This document shows, one piece after another, positions 35,916 through 47,378 of a DNA stretch of 64,000 nucleotides. Below the pieces are notes generated by a model. The model worked only from the letters and a program-made list of their open reading frames with translations, made no database searches and had not been told where the DNA came from. Each line of letters begins with the position of its first letter. The first letter of the stretch is position 1. Location: positions 4,154,001 to 4,218,000 of the forward strand of contig NW_027361924.1 in NCBI RefSeq assembly GCF_039654945.1, read 5' to 3'. Made by a program: the position numbers and the translations under genes. The stretch comes from Dendrobates tinctorius (Eukaryota).

Positions 35916-36178
35916 TCTATCTGACAATATCCATCTATGAAGAGCACTTCCATCAAAGGAGAACATGCTCTAGTGGGAGGTATGTGCGCCTCGCGGAAAA
36001 ACGTGCTGTAGCCACTGATCTGTGGATGGTCGGGTTCTGAAACCCCGTGTGATGCCCTTAGCTTGTCCTTGGAGAGCGATGCTCGGACATATAAACTAAC
36101 TTTAGAAAGTCTGTATTTTTATAAAGTTTAGTTATCCTGAGATTTATGAAAAAAAAGTGTAAAAATAAAATGTAGTCT

Positions 36179-36195
36179 GCACTGCCCCCTGCTGG
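36179..36195 (-). promoter_or_regulatory. Candidate CTCF site
   Basis: Minus strand CCAGCAGGGGGCAGTGC matches the CTCF core. Confidence 0.5.
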
Positions 36196-37994
36196 ATAAA
36201 TTCATGTATAGCAGCACACAGATTGGTTTCTATGGGTTGCTCATCCACTTTTCCTTTCAATGGTTTTGATAATGTGACTGATACTGTTTGTTGTCAGGGG
36301 AACTGTGTTTGCCCTGCGTTGTCACGGTAACCACATTTCCTGGGATATGGGTTGTCAGAGATACTGCTTTGGTTCTGAAACACAGGTTGTCAGGGTTACT
36401 GCCTCTGTCCAGGGAGCTAGGTTGTCAGGATTATAACCTCTGTCCTGAGGCATAGGTTGTCAGGGTAGCTGCCTTGGTCCTGGGAAACAGGTTGTCAAAA
36501 TTACTGCCTCAGTCCTTCGACAAAGGTTGTCAGGGTTACAGCACCATCCTGCGACTAAGGTTGTCAGGGTTACCACCCCTGTCCTGTGACTAAGGTTGTC
36601 AGGGTTACCGCCCAATTATGTGACTAAGGCTGTCAGTGTTACGGCCCCGTTCCTGTGAGTAAGGTTGTCAGGGTTACCGCCCCTGTCCTGTGAGTAAGGT
36701 TGTCAGGGTTACCGCCCCGTCCTGTGACTAAGGTTGTCAGGGTTACCGCCCAATTATGTGACTAAGGCTGTTAGGGTTACGGCTCCATTCCTGTGAGTAA
36801 GGTTGTCAGGGTTACCACCCCTTCCTGTGACTAAGGTTGTCAGAGTTACCTCCTCTGTCCTGTGACTAAGGTTGTCAGGGTTACCGCCTCTGTCCTGTGA
36901 CTAAGGTTGTCAGGGTTACCGCCCAATTATGTGACTAAGGCTGTCAGGGTTACGGCTCCGTTCCTGTGAGTAAGGTTGTCAGGGTTACCACCCCTTCCTG
37001 TGACTAAGGTTGTCAGAGTTACCTCCTCTGTCCTGTGACTAAGGTTGTCAGAGTTACCGCCTCTGTCCTGTGACTAAGGTTGTCAGAGTTACCTCCTCTG
37101 TCCTGTGACTAAGGTTGTCAGAGTTACCGCCTCTGTCCTGTGACTAAGGTTGTCAGAGTTACCGCCTCTGTCCTGTGACTAAGGTTGTCAGGGTTACCGC
37201 CTCTGCCCTGTGACTAAGGTTGTCAGAGTTACCGCCTCTGTCCTGTGACTAAGGTTGTCAGAGTTACCGCCTCTGTCCTGTGACTAAGGTTGTCAGAGTT
37301 ACCGCCTCTGTCCTGTGACTAAGGTTGTCAGGGTTACCGCCTCTGTCCTGTGACTAAGGTTGTCAGGGTTACCGCCTCTGTCCTGTGACTAAGGTTGTCA
37401 GAGTTACCGCCTCTGTCCTGTGACTAAGGTTGTCAGAGTTACCGCCTCTGTCCTGTGACTAAGGTTGTCAGAGTTACCGCCTCTGTCCTGTGACTAAGGT
37501 TGTCAGAGTTACCGCCTCTGTCCTGTGACTAAGGTTGTCAGAGTTACCGCCTCTGTCCTGTGACTAAGGTTGTCAGAGTTACCGCCTCTGTCCTGTGACT
37601 AAGGTTGTCAGGGTTACCGCCTCTGTCCTGTGACTAAGGTTGTCAGAGTTACCGCCTCTGTCCTGTGACTAAGGTTGTCAGAGTTACCGCCTCTGTCCTG
37701 TGACTAAGGTTGTCAGAGTTACCGCCTCTGTCCTGTGACTAAGGTTGTCAGGGTTACCGCCTCTGCCCTGTGACTAAGGTTGTCAGGGTTACCGCCTCTG
37801 CCCTGTGACTAAGGTTGTCAGGGTTACCGCCCCTGTCCTGTGACTAAGGTTGTCAGGGTTACCACCCCTGTCCTGTGACTAAGGTTGTCAGGGTTACCAC
37901 CCCTGTCCTGTGACTAAGGTTCCCCGGGAAGGAACAACCACGGAAAGGGCAGTCTCCAATGAAGGAAACCACCTATGCCAAAACATGGTATCCA

Positions 37995-38038
37995 TCCACA
38001 GACAGCTGTTTCGGGGTATTGCCCCTCATCAGTGTGGA
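37995..38038 (-). ncRNA. Type I hammerhead ribozyme (intact core)
   Basis: Minus strand UCCACA-CUGAUGA-GGGG CAAUA CCCC-GAAACAGCUGUC-UGUGGA; palindromic stem III ACAGCUGU; predicted cleavage between 38001 and 38000. Confidence 0.92.
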
Positions 38039-38332
38039 GTAGGAAACTGGCCAGTAGGAGCAATGCCTAGTAAAAGACTGTGAAAATGAGGATGAGTGAC
38101 CTCATGGAGATCAACATCCAACACTGCGGAGACACCATCACATGTTTCTCAACGCAGTGATTCTAGAGCAATGCCCCCATCCCTTATGGGAAATATGCAA
38201 AACATGCAAAACAGAAGCCGCGGAGACACCATCACATGTTTCTCAACGCAAGCAATGACCAGCGAGGTCATTCATTCATCCTCATCTTCACAGTCTTTTA
38301 CTAGGCATTGCTCCTACCAGCCAGTTTCCTAC

Positions 38333-38376
38333 TCCACATTGATGAGGGGCAATACCCCGAAACAGCTGTCTGTGGA
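38333..38376 (+). ncRNA. Type I hammerhead ribozyme, C3U core variant
   Basis: UCCACA-UUGAUGA-GGGG CAAUA CCCC-GAAACAGCUGUC-UGUGGA; predicted cleavage after 38370. Confidence 0.85.
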
Positions 38377-39912
38377 TTGTTACCATGTTTTGGCATAGGT
38401 GGTTTCCTTCATTGGAGACTGCCCTTCCCGTCGTTGTACCTCTTGGGGAAAGACCTGGCTGGTCATTGCTTGCGTTGAGAAACATGTGATGGTGTCTCCG
38501 CGGCTTCTGTGACTTAGGTTGTCAGGGTTACCGCCCTGGTCCTGTGACTAAGGTTGTCAGGGTTACCGCCCTGGTCCTGTGACTAAGGTTGTCAGGGTTA
38601 CCGCCCTGGTCCTGTGACTAAGGTTGTCAGGGTTACCGCCCTGGTCCTGTGACTAAGGTTGTCAGGGTTACCAACCTGGTCCTGTGACTAAGGTTGTCAG
38701 GGTTACCAACCTGGTCCTGTGACTAAGGTTGTCAGGGTTACCGCCCTGGTCCTGTGACTAAGGTTGTCAGGATTACCGCCCAGTCCTGTGACTAAGGTTG
38801 TTAGGGTTACAGCCCCAGTCCTGTGACTAAGGTTGTCAGGGTTACCGCCCCAGTCCTGTGACTAAGGTTGTCAGGGTTACCGCCACTTCCTGTGACTAAG
38901 GTTGTTAGGGTTACAGCCCCATCCTGTGACTAAGGTTGTTAGGGTTACAGCCCCAGTCCTGTGACTAAGGTTGTTAGGGTTACAGCCCCAGTCCTGTGAC
39001 TAAGGTTGTTAGGGTTACAGCCCCATCCTGTGACTAAGGTTGTCAGGATTACCGCCCCATCCTGTGACTAAGGTTGTCAGGATTACCGCCCCATCCTGTG
39101 ACTAAGGTTGTTAGGGTTACAGCCCCAGTCCTGTGACTAAGGTTGTCAGGGTTACCGCCCCAGTCCTGTGACTAAGGTTGTTAGGGTTACAGCCCCATCC
39201 TGTGACTAAGGTTGTCAGGGTTACCGCCACTTCCTGTGACTAAGGTTGTTAGGGTTACAGCCCCAGTCCTGTGACTAAGGTTGTTAGGGTTACAGCCCCA
39301 GTCCTGTGACTAAGGTTGTCAGGGTTACCGCCCCAGTCCTGTGACTAAGGTTGTCAGGGTTACCGCCACTTCCTGTGACTAAGGTTGTCAGGGTTACAGC
39401 CCCATCCTGTGACTAAGGTTGTCAGGGTTACTTCCTCTGTGCTGAGCCAGGTTTTCGGGTTCTGGGACGGGGTGTGTGGCACAGTTGGCGGTCTCTGACC
39501 CCACCACACTGTAGCATATGGTATTTGGCTCCATCCTCTGAGGATCTAGAAAACAGCGATAAAAAAAGGACAAAAAAAATGTAGAATACAAAAAAGAAAA
39601 ATTCCTTTCCACCAAGAGAAAAACCCCAAACATATCTGGTATCAGTGGGAGCGTAAAGTCCGATCTGTGGAAATATAACACCGTCATCTGTGCGAAGGAG
39701 ACCTGTGGCCCCGACGCTCCACGGCCCCCGCAATAAGGACAGAAGAAGCCACCGGAAGACGGTGAAAACATCGGCTGCACAAAGCTCAGGAGATAGGCGC
39801 CGGGTTTTTTAATTTTTTTACAAAGTTCAAAATTGTTTAAGACGCAAAATATAAAACCGTCTCACGCCGCCGTCCTGAGAATCCGATCACCAGCCACCGC
39901 ACCAGACACAGT

Positions 39913-40650
39913 GGAAACTCAGAGAACCGGGGGATCGGCCCGTTATTCACCGGAAACTCAGAGAACCGGGGGATCGGCTCGTTATTCACCGGAAACTCAG
40001 AGAACCGGGGGATCGGCTCGTTATTCACCGGAAACTCAGAGAACCGGGGGATCGGCTCGTTATTCACCGGAAACTCAGAGAACCGGGGGATCGGCCCGTT
40101 ATTCACCGGAAACTCAGAGAACCGGGGGATCGGCTCGTTATTCACCGGAAACTCAGAGAACCGGGGGATCGGCTCGTCATTCACCGGAAGCTCAGAGAAC
40201 CGGGGGGGGGGGGGGATCGGCCCGTCATTCACCGGAAGCTCAGAGAACCGGGGGGGGGGGGGGGGGGGAATCGGCTCGTTATTCACCGGAAGCTCAGAGT
40301 ACCGGGGGATCGGCTCATTATTCACCAGAAACTCAGAGAACCGGGGCATCGGTCCGTCATTCACCGGAAGCTCAGAGAACCGGGGGGGGGGGGGGGGGGG
40401 GGGGGGGAATCGGCCCGTCATTCACCGGAAACAGCAGAAACTGAGAGAACCGGGGGATCGGCCCGTTATTCACTGGAAACTCAGAGAACCGGGGGGGGGG
40501 AAATCGGCCCGTCATTCACCGGAAACTCAGAGAACCGGGAATCGGCTCGTTATTCACCGGAAACTCAGAGAACCGGGGGATCGGCCCGTCATTCACCGGT
40601 AACAGCGGAAACTCAGAAAACGGGGGGGGATCGGCCCATTATTCACCAGT
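39913..40650. repeat. 39-bp minisatellite
   Basis: GGAAACTCAGAGAACCGGGGGATCGGCYCGTTATTCACC units with expanding G runs. Confidence 0.95.
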
Positions 40651-40699
40651 CACTGCACTGGGAGGGTTCCCCACTTTTCACTATATTATAATGGTGGAG

Positions 40700-40703
40700 T
40701 TCA

Positions 40704-40742
<39 letters not shown>

Positions 40743-41232
40743 TTATATGTCAGTAATAATAATAAATGTCAGTAATAATATTATAGGTCAGTAATAATAA
40801 TAATAATATATGTCAGTAATAATATTATAGATCAGTAATAATAATAATAATATATGTCAGTAATAATATTATAGATCAGTAATAATAATAATAATAATAA
40901 TAATATTATAGGTCAGTAATAATAATAATATTATAGGATAATAATAATATATTATAGGTCAGTAATAATAATATATTATAGGTCAGTAATAATATATTAT
41001 AGGTCAGTAATAATAATAATATTATAGGATAATAATAATAATATTATAGGTCAGTAATAATAATATATTATAGGTCAGTAATAATAATATATTATAGGAT
41101 AATAATAATAATATTATAGATCAGTAATAATAATAATAATAATAATATTATAGGTCAGTAATAATAATAATATTATAGGATAATAATAATATTATAGGTC
41201 AGTAATAATAATATATTATAGGTCAGTAATAC
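40700..41232. repeat. Compound (AAT)n / ATTATAGGTCAGT low-complexity repeat
   Basis: AAT microsatellite punctuated by TAGGTCAG, TAGATCAG and TATGTCAG. Confidence 0.92.
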
Positions 41233-41419
41233 AACTTGTCTCCAGACGTACAATCCTCATACAAGTGAAGGGCTGGATAAACCTGTCCCCCGCCGCTGCT
41301 CCTCCTCTGTGGCCCCTCTGTGCCGGTGTTCGGGGTCTTCCGCCCCTCTGGGTGGTCTCTCTCGGTTTCAGGGTCTCACTTTCTCCTTCCTGTCACATCT
41401 CTTAGACTTTACACAAAGT

Positions 41420-41660
41420 GCATCCTCCCGCGGAAAATCTGCCGTTCTTTCATTGGCTAGCTTGATGGAGTACTTGGCAGTGATTGGTCATTGATTTTGT
41501 GTGCCTCTTGATGATTGGCCTGGCTAAATCAGTGTCTGGCTGTGATTGGTTAGGCTATGTGCCAGATTCTAGCTACAAGTGCGGGCGAGAACGTGGCGTG
41601 GTCGGGAGTAGCAGAGTGGACACCGGCTGAGAAACGGAGATCCCGAGGCGGACGGTACCT
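41420..41660 (+). promoter_or_regulatory. Probable SHMT1 promoter and non-coding first exon
   Basis: E2F-like TCCCGCGGAAAA (~41426); four inverted CCAAT boxes (ATTGG near 41453, 41483, 41514, 41545) at ~31-bp spacing; CpG-rich stretch 1.5 kb upstream of the ATG exon. Confidence 0.65.
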
Positions 41661-41904
41661 GCAGGCTGTAGAGAGCGAGCCCGGGCCGCCTGCTATAAGG
41701 TCAGGAGTGGGTGTGATGCCTGGTAGATAGTAGTGCTGCCGGCACAAAGGTTGTCAGAAGTGCCACCTCGCTTGGAGCAATGGTTGTCAGAAGAACCCTC
41801 CCCTGTGTGTGTCCTGAGGCATTGGTTGTCAGGAGAATCCTCCACCACCTCTGTCCTGGGACCCTGGTGGTCAGGAAGCGCACACCCACCCCCACACCCC
41901 TCTC

Positions 41905-42560
41905 TCTGTGTCCCGGGACGCTGGTTGTCAGGAGAATCCTCCATTTTCTGTGTCCCGGGACGCTGGTTGTCAGGAGAATCCTCCATTTTCTGTGTCCCGG
42001 GACGCTGGTTGTCAGGAGAATCCTCCATTTTCTGTGTCCCGGGACGCTGGTTGTCAGGAGAATCCTCCATTTTCTGTGTCCCGGGACGCTGGTTGTCAGG
42101 AGAATCCTCCATTTTCTGTGTCCCGGGACGCTGGTTGTCAGGAGAATCCTCCATTTTCTGTGTCCCGGGACGCTGGTTGTCAGGAGAATCCTCCATTTTC
42201 TGTGTCCCGGGACGCTGGTTGTCAGGAGAATCCTCCATTTTCTGTGTCCCGGGACGCTGGTTGTCAGGAGAATCCTCCATTTTCTGTGTCCCGGGACGCT
42301 GGTTGTCAGGAGAATCCTCCATTTTCTGTGTCCCGGGACGCTGGTTGTCAGGAGAATCCTCCATTTTCTGTGTCCCGGGACGCTGGTTGTCAGGAGAATC
42401 CTCCATTTTCTGTGTCCCGGGACGCTGGTTGTCAGGAGAATCCTCCATTTTCTGTGTCCCGGGACGCTGGTTGTCAGGAGAATCCTCCATTTTCTGTGTC
42501 CCGGGACGCTGGTTGTCAGGAGAATCCTCCATTTTCTGTGTCCCGGGCCGCTGGTTGTCT
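41905..42560. repeat. Perfect 42-bp minisatellite in the first SHMT1 intron
   Basis: GTGTCCCGGGACGCTGGTTGTCAGGAGAATCCTCCATTTTCT, about 15 units. Confidence 0.97.
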
Positions 42561-42989
42561 AGCGAACCCAACACCAGCACCACCACCTCTTTCCTGGGAC
42601 ACTGGTTCTCACAACAAAAATGGCCAAGGGTTTTTTTTTTTTTTATCTGCCTGTGAAACGTGGGGGTCACCACGGCTGACTAGAGGGGGTGTCTGGTCTT
42701 TCTGGCATGTATACTGTTAACCCTCCGTGTGGTGGTTGTTTGTGTCTCCACCGAAGACCTTTGATACTTGGAAGTGACTGAGGCAATTTCGCTCCCAACT
42801 TTCTGACGCCCTTGGAAAGTTAATATGTAAGCTTTTGTTTTCACCCTCCATCGGCTGGTGTCAGTGGCGGGCGAGCCTCCTGTTGCAGGCGAGCCTCCGG
42901 CACCGATAAGTTTCCATTTAATGTATCTTTGTCAGATTCAGCTGTAAACATGAAGGTTGCCATTCACTGACAGCAAGCCAAGACCTTAA

Positions 42990-43117
42990 AGGGGGTCTGC
43001 AGTCGCTGTACGTGGATCTATTCCCGATTTTCGCCGCTGGTCAAATCTTGCATTTTCACATTACGCTGCCGCGATTTAGCGATCACACAACTTTTGACCA
43101 AAGTCCGGACAACCCCT
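42990..43117. mobile_element. Kolobok/T2-type MITE
   Basis: TTAA|AGGGG...CCCCT|TTAA. Confidence 0.65.
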
Positions 43118-43193
43118 TTAAATGGCTATGAATTCACTGTTTTCATTTTTTATTTTTTTTTTGTTTCAGAAGCGACGTATCTGAGGCAGGACA

Positions 43194-46100
43194 ATGGCAA
43201 ACTCCCCAGTGATCAACGGCGGGCATGCCGACCTGTGGGCATCTCATAGCCGGATGGTACTGGAGCCTCTTGAAACAAATGATCCGGAGGTAAGAAATCA
43301 GGGGGAGACTTAGAGTCGCATGCGACTGAGAATGCAGAGGTGGTGGCACACTTAAGTGGGGTCCTGCTGGCGCCGACGAGCGACGCATGGAGGCGGGCGG
43401 GAGGACGTCAGTATCGTGCGCTGCGTCGCTGCTGCATCGCTGTGAGATCTGCCTGTGTGACAGCTCACTAGCGATCATTTAGCGATGCACCAGCGAACCT
43501 GACCGGCTCGGATCGCTGGTGCATCGCTAAATGTAAAGGGGGGGGGGGGGGGGCTTTTATATCCTTCACCATTCACTTGGATGGGTGTACTAGATTTTCA
43601 AGATTTCTGGACCATCAGATGCCGGACTAAAGGACGTCTACTGCATTAAGGAAATCCCAGGTTATATTTTATACTTTATTTGTAGGTGTACGAGATCATC
43701 CGGAAGGAGAAGCGCCGGCAGTGCTACGGGCTGGAGCTCATCGCCTCCGAGAACTTCGCCAGCTGCGCAGTTTTGCAGGCTCTGGGATCATGCCTGAATA
43801 ATAAGTATTCGGAGGGTTACCCGGGACAGAGGTGAGGGGGCGACAGGAGTGCGCATCACCAAAATATGCAGCATGTCATGTCACATGGGATTGGGGCAAT
43901 CTGTGGCCTCTACTTATTACGTTTTAAAGGGGTTGTCCAAGATTAGAAACACATGGCGGCTTTCTTCCAAAAAAAAACAACACAGCAGCATCTCTATCCC
44001 CAGGTTATGTGTAATGTAGCCCCCAGTCCTTATGACTCTCATAGGCCCAAACTGTGACTCCAGACCCATCCTGTGCACCCGTGTGGCGCTGTCTTTGGAA
44101 GAAACAAGACATATTTTTGAGAGAGTCAATATGACCTCACACGTGAGACTCCGTTTTTATGTTGTCACCCCACAGGTACTACGGCGGCACGGAGCACGTG
44201 GATGAGCTGGAGCGGCTGTGTCAGGAGAGGGCTCTGGAGGCGTACAGTCTGAACCCCCAGAAATGGGGCGTGAATGTGCAGCCGTATTCAGGTGAGAGAT
44301 AATAATGCAGATGTCTTGTGGCGCGTCTGCACATTGCAGTGGCTTTTCCTCCAGATTTTGCAGCAAATCTGCATTTATGATTTGTGAATTTTGCTGCCGA
44401 TTTCGCTCCATGTATTGCCAAAAAAAAGTGTTTTTCGATTCTAGGATCACCTGCAAATTTTGCTGTTTATACTGCCTTGGTGGAGCCTCATGGGAGGATC
44501 ATGGGGCTGGACCTGCCTGACGGGGGGCACCTCACCCACGGCTTCATGACCGACAAGAAGAAAATCTCAGCCACATCCATCTTTTTTGAATCCATGCCGT
44601 ACAAGGTGAGCAGTCGTCACATCGCCGTTTGTAAGATCCATGACATCCAGTGATTTGAGCACTCTGTGGACAGTCAGATCATGGGAATGACTATAGCAGC
44701 AGGAGAAGAGTGCACTGATCTTGTGGGAGGAAAGTGACCTGATGTTAGTAAGGTCAGAGCTACATGGGCAGGGATGAAATGTAAGAGTAAGGTAATGCCT
44801 GTTAAGAAAATGGAAGAATCATCCTCCTCCCTCTCCAGCTGCACAGAGTATTTCAGCATCACATGTTGCTCTGTCTTCACCTTGATCACAGGTGAATCCA
44901 GACACTGGTTATATAGACTACGACAGACTGGAGGAAAACGCCCGCTTGTTTCATCCCAAACTTATCATCGCCGGTGAGTACTAAAACCACCATCATCTGG
45001 TGACATTCTTTCCAAATATCTGACTGGCATTTTTGCTAAATTTTAAAATAAGGAAAAAAAAAAACTTTATTTTTGTCTAAGGTGTCAGCTGCTACTCCCG
45101 GAATCTGGATTATGGCCGAATGAGGACGATCGCCGATGAAAACAATGCAGTCCTCATGGCCGACATGGCGCACATTAGTGGCTTGGTGGCAGCCGGCGTG
45201 GTACCGTCTCCCTTTGAGCATTGCGATGTTGTCACCACCACGACACACAAGACCCTGCGCGGATGTCGTGCTGGCATGATCTTTTACCGGAAAGGTGAGT
45301 AGTCCTCTACGGGGGGAGAGAATCGGACTTAACGACTGCGGCATTAACTTGATTTGTCTCCGTTAGGAGTCCGAAGCGTGGATCCAAAGACTGGGAAGGA
45401 AATCCTGTACAATTATGAGAGTCTGATTAATCAAGCAGTGTTTCCCGGCCTACAAGGTGGACCCCATAATCATGCTATTGCAGGTACGACCCACCCTCGT
45501 TGCCATCAAACAACGTATGACAGGATCATGGATCACCTGCCACTGAGCTTTTACAGTTTCATCCTGATTTATTATAGGCATTGCTGTGACCCTAAAACAA
45601 ACCATGAGCCCGGAGTTCAGGTTGTACCAGAAACAGGTCGTCTCTAATTGCCAGGCGTTGGCAAGTGCATTGGAAGAACTGGGCTATCACATCGTCACCG
45701 GTAAGAAAGCTGCAAATGATTTACAAAGCAGAAGTGCTGATGTAAGAAGCCAATGTCCTGGGAAGGATCCTCTGTCCGATATGATGGGGGGAAAGGAACT
45801 TGACCCACTGTGTGGCACCGATATTGACTGGTCAGGGGAGATGTCGATCGGCAGACTGAAATCAGACATGTCCAGGCACATTGTTCTCCTGGACATAAGC
45901 TGCTGGCCAAGTCAGTCATTGTTTTTCAGAGAACGCTGAAACAATCCATTGTATGGGAGAGACAGCTGACAGCCGAAACATCGCTCCCCTGACAGACATT
46001 AATTTGTATGGCCGGCTTAATGAATACATAGCCATGAGGCTGCAGGCTTACTCCACGCGGGGTCCCAACTATGTCACTAGGAAACTTGGTGACCTGATTA

Positions 46101-47378
46101 AATGGATGATTCCTCAGGTCTCTCTTGGCCTCAGTAATCAAAGGGATGGCCAAAATCAGTGGTTCTTTTTCTGATCCCAGGAGTCACCATGCGTTGTTTC
46201 ATAAAAGTATATAAACTCTTGTGCAGCCAAATACTTGCGCTGTTTCCAAAACAAACTTAACCGCATCAGTCGGACCCTCACAGGTCTTCAACAGGACTCT
46301 TAAAAGCTGCAGTGGCTATGGATGCAGACCACTGCTCCATTAATAGTCTATGGGAATACTGGTAAGAGTGGAGCGCAGTCCCATAGATAATTGATATAGC
46401 TGAGATATTTGAGACCTCTTCTGGGATCCCCCCAATGATTAGTAAGTCATTTACTTTCTAAACTGGACTTGTTACTGGACCCCTTTGTAAAGAAAAATTG
46501 GCATCTCTGGACGGAAACCTTTTCTGTCATTTTAACAGGCGGCTCCGATAATCATCTCATTCTGGTCAACCTGAAGGACAAGAAGACTGACGGAGGGCGA
46601 GCCGAGAAGGTCCTTGAAGCCTGCGCCATCGCCTGCAACAAGAACACCTGTCCGGGTGAGTGCAAGTCTTACTATAGACCTGAAGGCAGAAAATCTGCCT
46701 CCGACAGACACTCGAGCAACCGCCACCGCACTAGTAATGGACGTCAGTAAGGCGGTGCGGCCGTCAAATCTAATCTACAGTCTCTGAATATTGTATGTTG
46801 ACTAGTAAGTGGCCTAATCCATTGTCTGCCCCCCTGTTCTGGCAGGTGACAAGAGTGCCCTCCGTCCCAGCGGCCTTCGATTTGGATCCCCAGCTCTGAC
46901 TTCTCGAGGGTTTAAAGAAGAAGACTTTAAAAAAGTTGCACACTTCATTCACCAAGGTGGGTGGTGGTGGTGGTTCTAGGCCAGTGTTTCCCAATCACCA
47001 GTCCTTATGGCCCCCAACAGATCATGTTTTTAGGATTTCCTTAGTATTGCACAGGTGATGATTTGCAGCTCTGCCCCATTCACTTCAACAGAACTGAGCT
47101 GCAATACTAGAGATGACCTCTAGTCGGGGTGGTGCTGTTTTCTGGAAGATGGTTTTTAATTTTTTTTCTTTTTTCATTTTTTTTTTTTTTTTTTTTTTAA
47201 ATCAGGCATCTTAATCACTCTGGAGATTCAGAACGACATGAACCCAAAGGCGACCCTGAAGGAGTTTAAGGACAAGTTGGCGTCGGACGACAAATACCGA
47301 GAGAAGATCTCGTCCCTGAAGGAGGAGGTGGAGCAGTTCTCCGGCTCTTTTCCTCTCCCCGGCTTGCCTGACTTGTGA
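43194..47378 (+). CDS. SHMT1: Cytosolic serine hydroxymethyltransferase, 484 aa, 11 coding exons
   Basis: Exons 43194-43289, 43686-43831, 44176-44291, 44445-44605, 44892-44973, 45082-45294, 45367-45483, 45578-45700, 46539-46655, 46846-46956 and 47206-47378. All introns are GT-AG and the exons sum to 1455 nt in frame. Motifs [35 protein letters not shown] (PLP lysine), GLQGGPHNH. No mitochondrial presequence. AATAAA at 47634; synteny with SMCR8 and TOP3A. Confidence 0.97.

Larger units (their letters stand above)
37920..38510. mobile_element. Retrozyme / satellite-2-like element, family B (~350-bp monomer), as an inverted pair
   Basis: A near-complete minus-strand monomer (37920-38263) is joined to a plus-strand partial monomer (38264-38510). 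The arms 37921-38104 and 38264-38450 are inverted repeats and each contains a hammerhead. Confidence 0.85.
36345..39432. repeat. 35-bp minisatellite (AGGTTGTCAGRGTTACCGCCTCTGTCCTGTGACTA), interrupted at 37920-38510
   Basis: Homogeneous core with degenerate edges. Confidence 0.96.

Noticed and set aside
35935-36095. Possible H/ACA-like RNA (AGAGCA, hairpins, terminal ACA-TAT)
   Set aside because: The hairpin-H-hairpin-ACA geometry does not fit cleanly and I cannot match it to a known family; an Rfam or snoReport search would be needed.
39833-40444. ORFs with a 13-aa periodic repeat
   Set aside because: 39-bp minisatellite artefact.
41693-42720. 260-326-aa ORFs in four frames
   Set aside because: A 42-bp stop-free tandem unit is open in several frames on both strands; it is an intronic VNTR.
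43194-47378. SHMT2 as an alternative identity
   Set aside because: No mitochondrial presequence, the C-terminus (FPLPGLPDL) and exon sizes fit SHMT1, and it is adjacent to SMCR8 and TOP3A.
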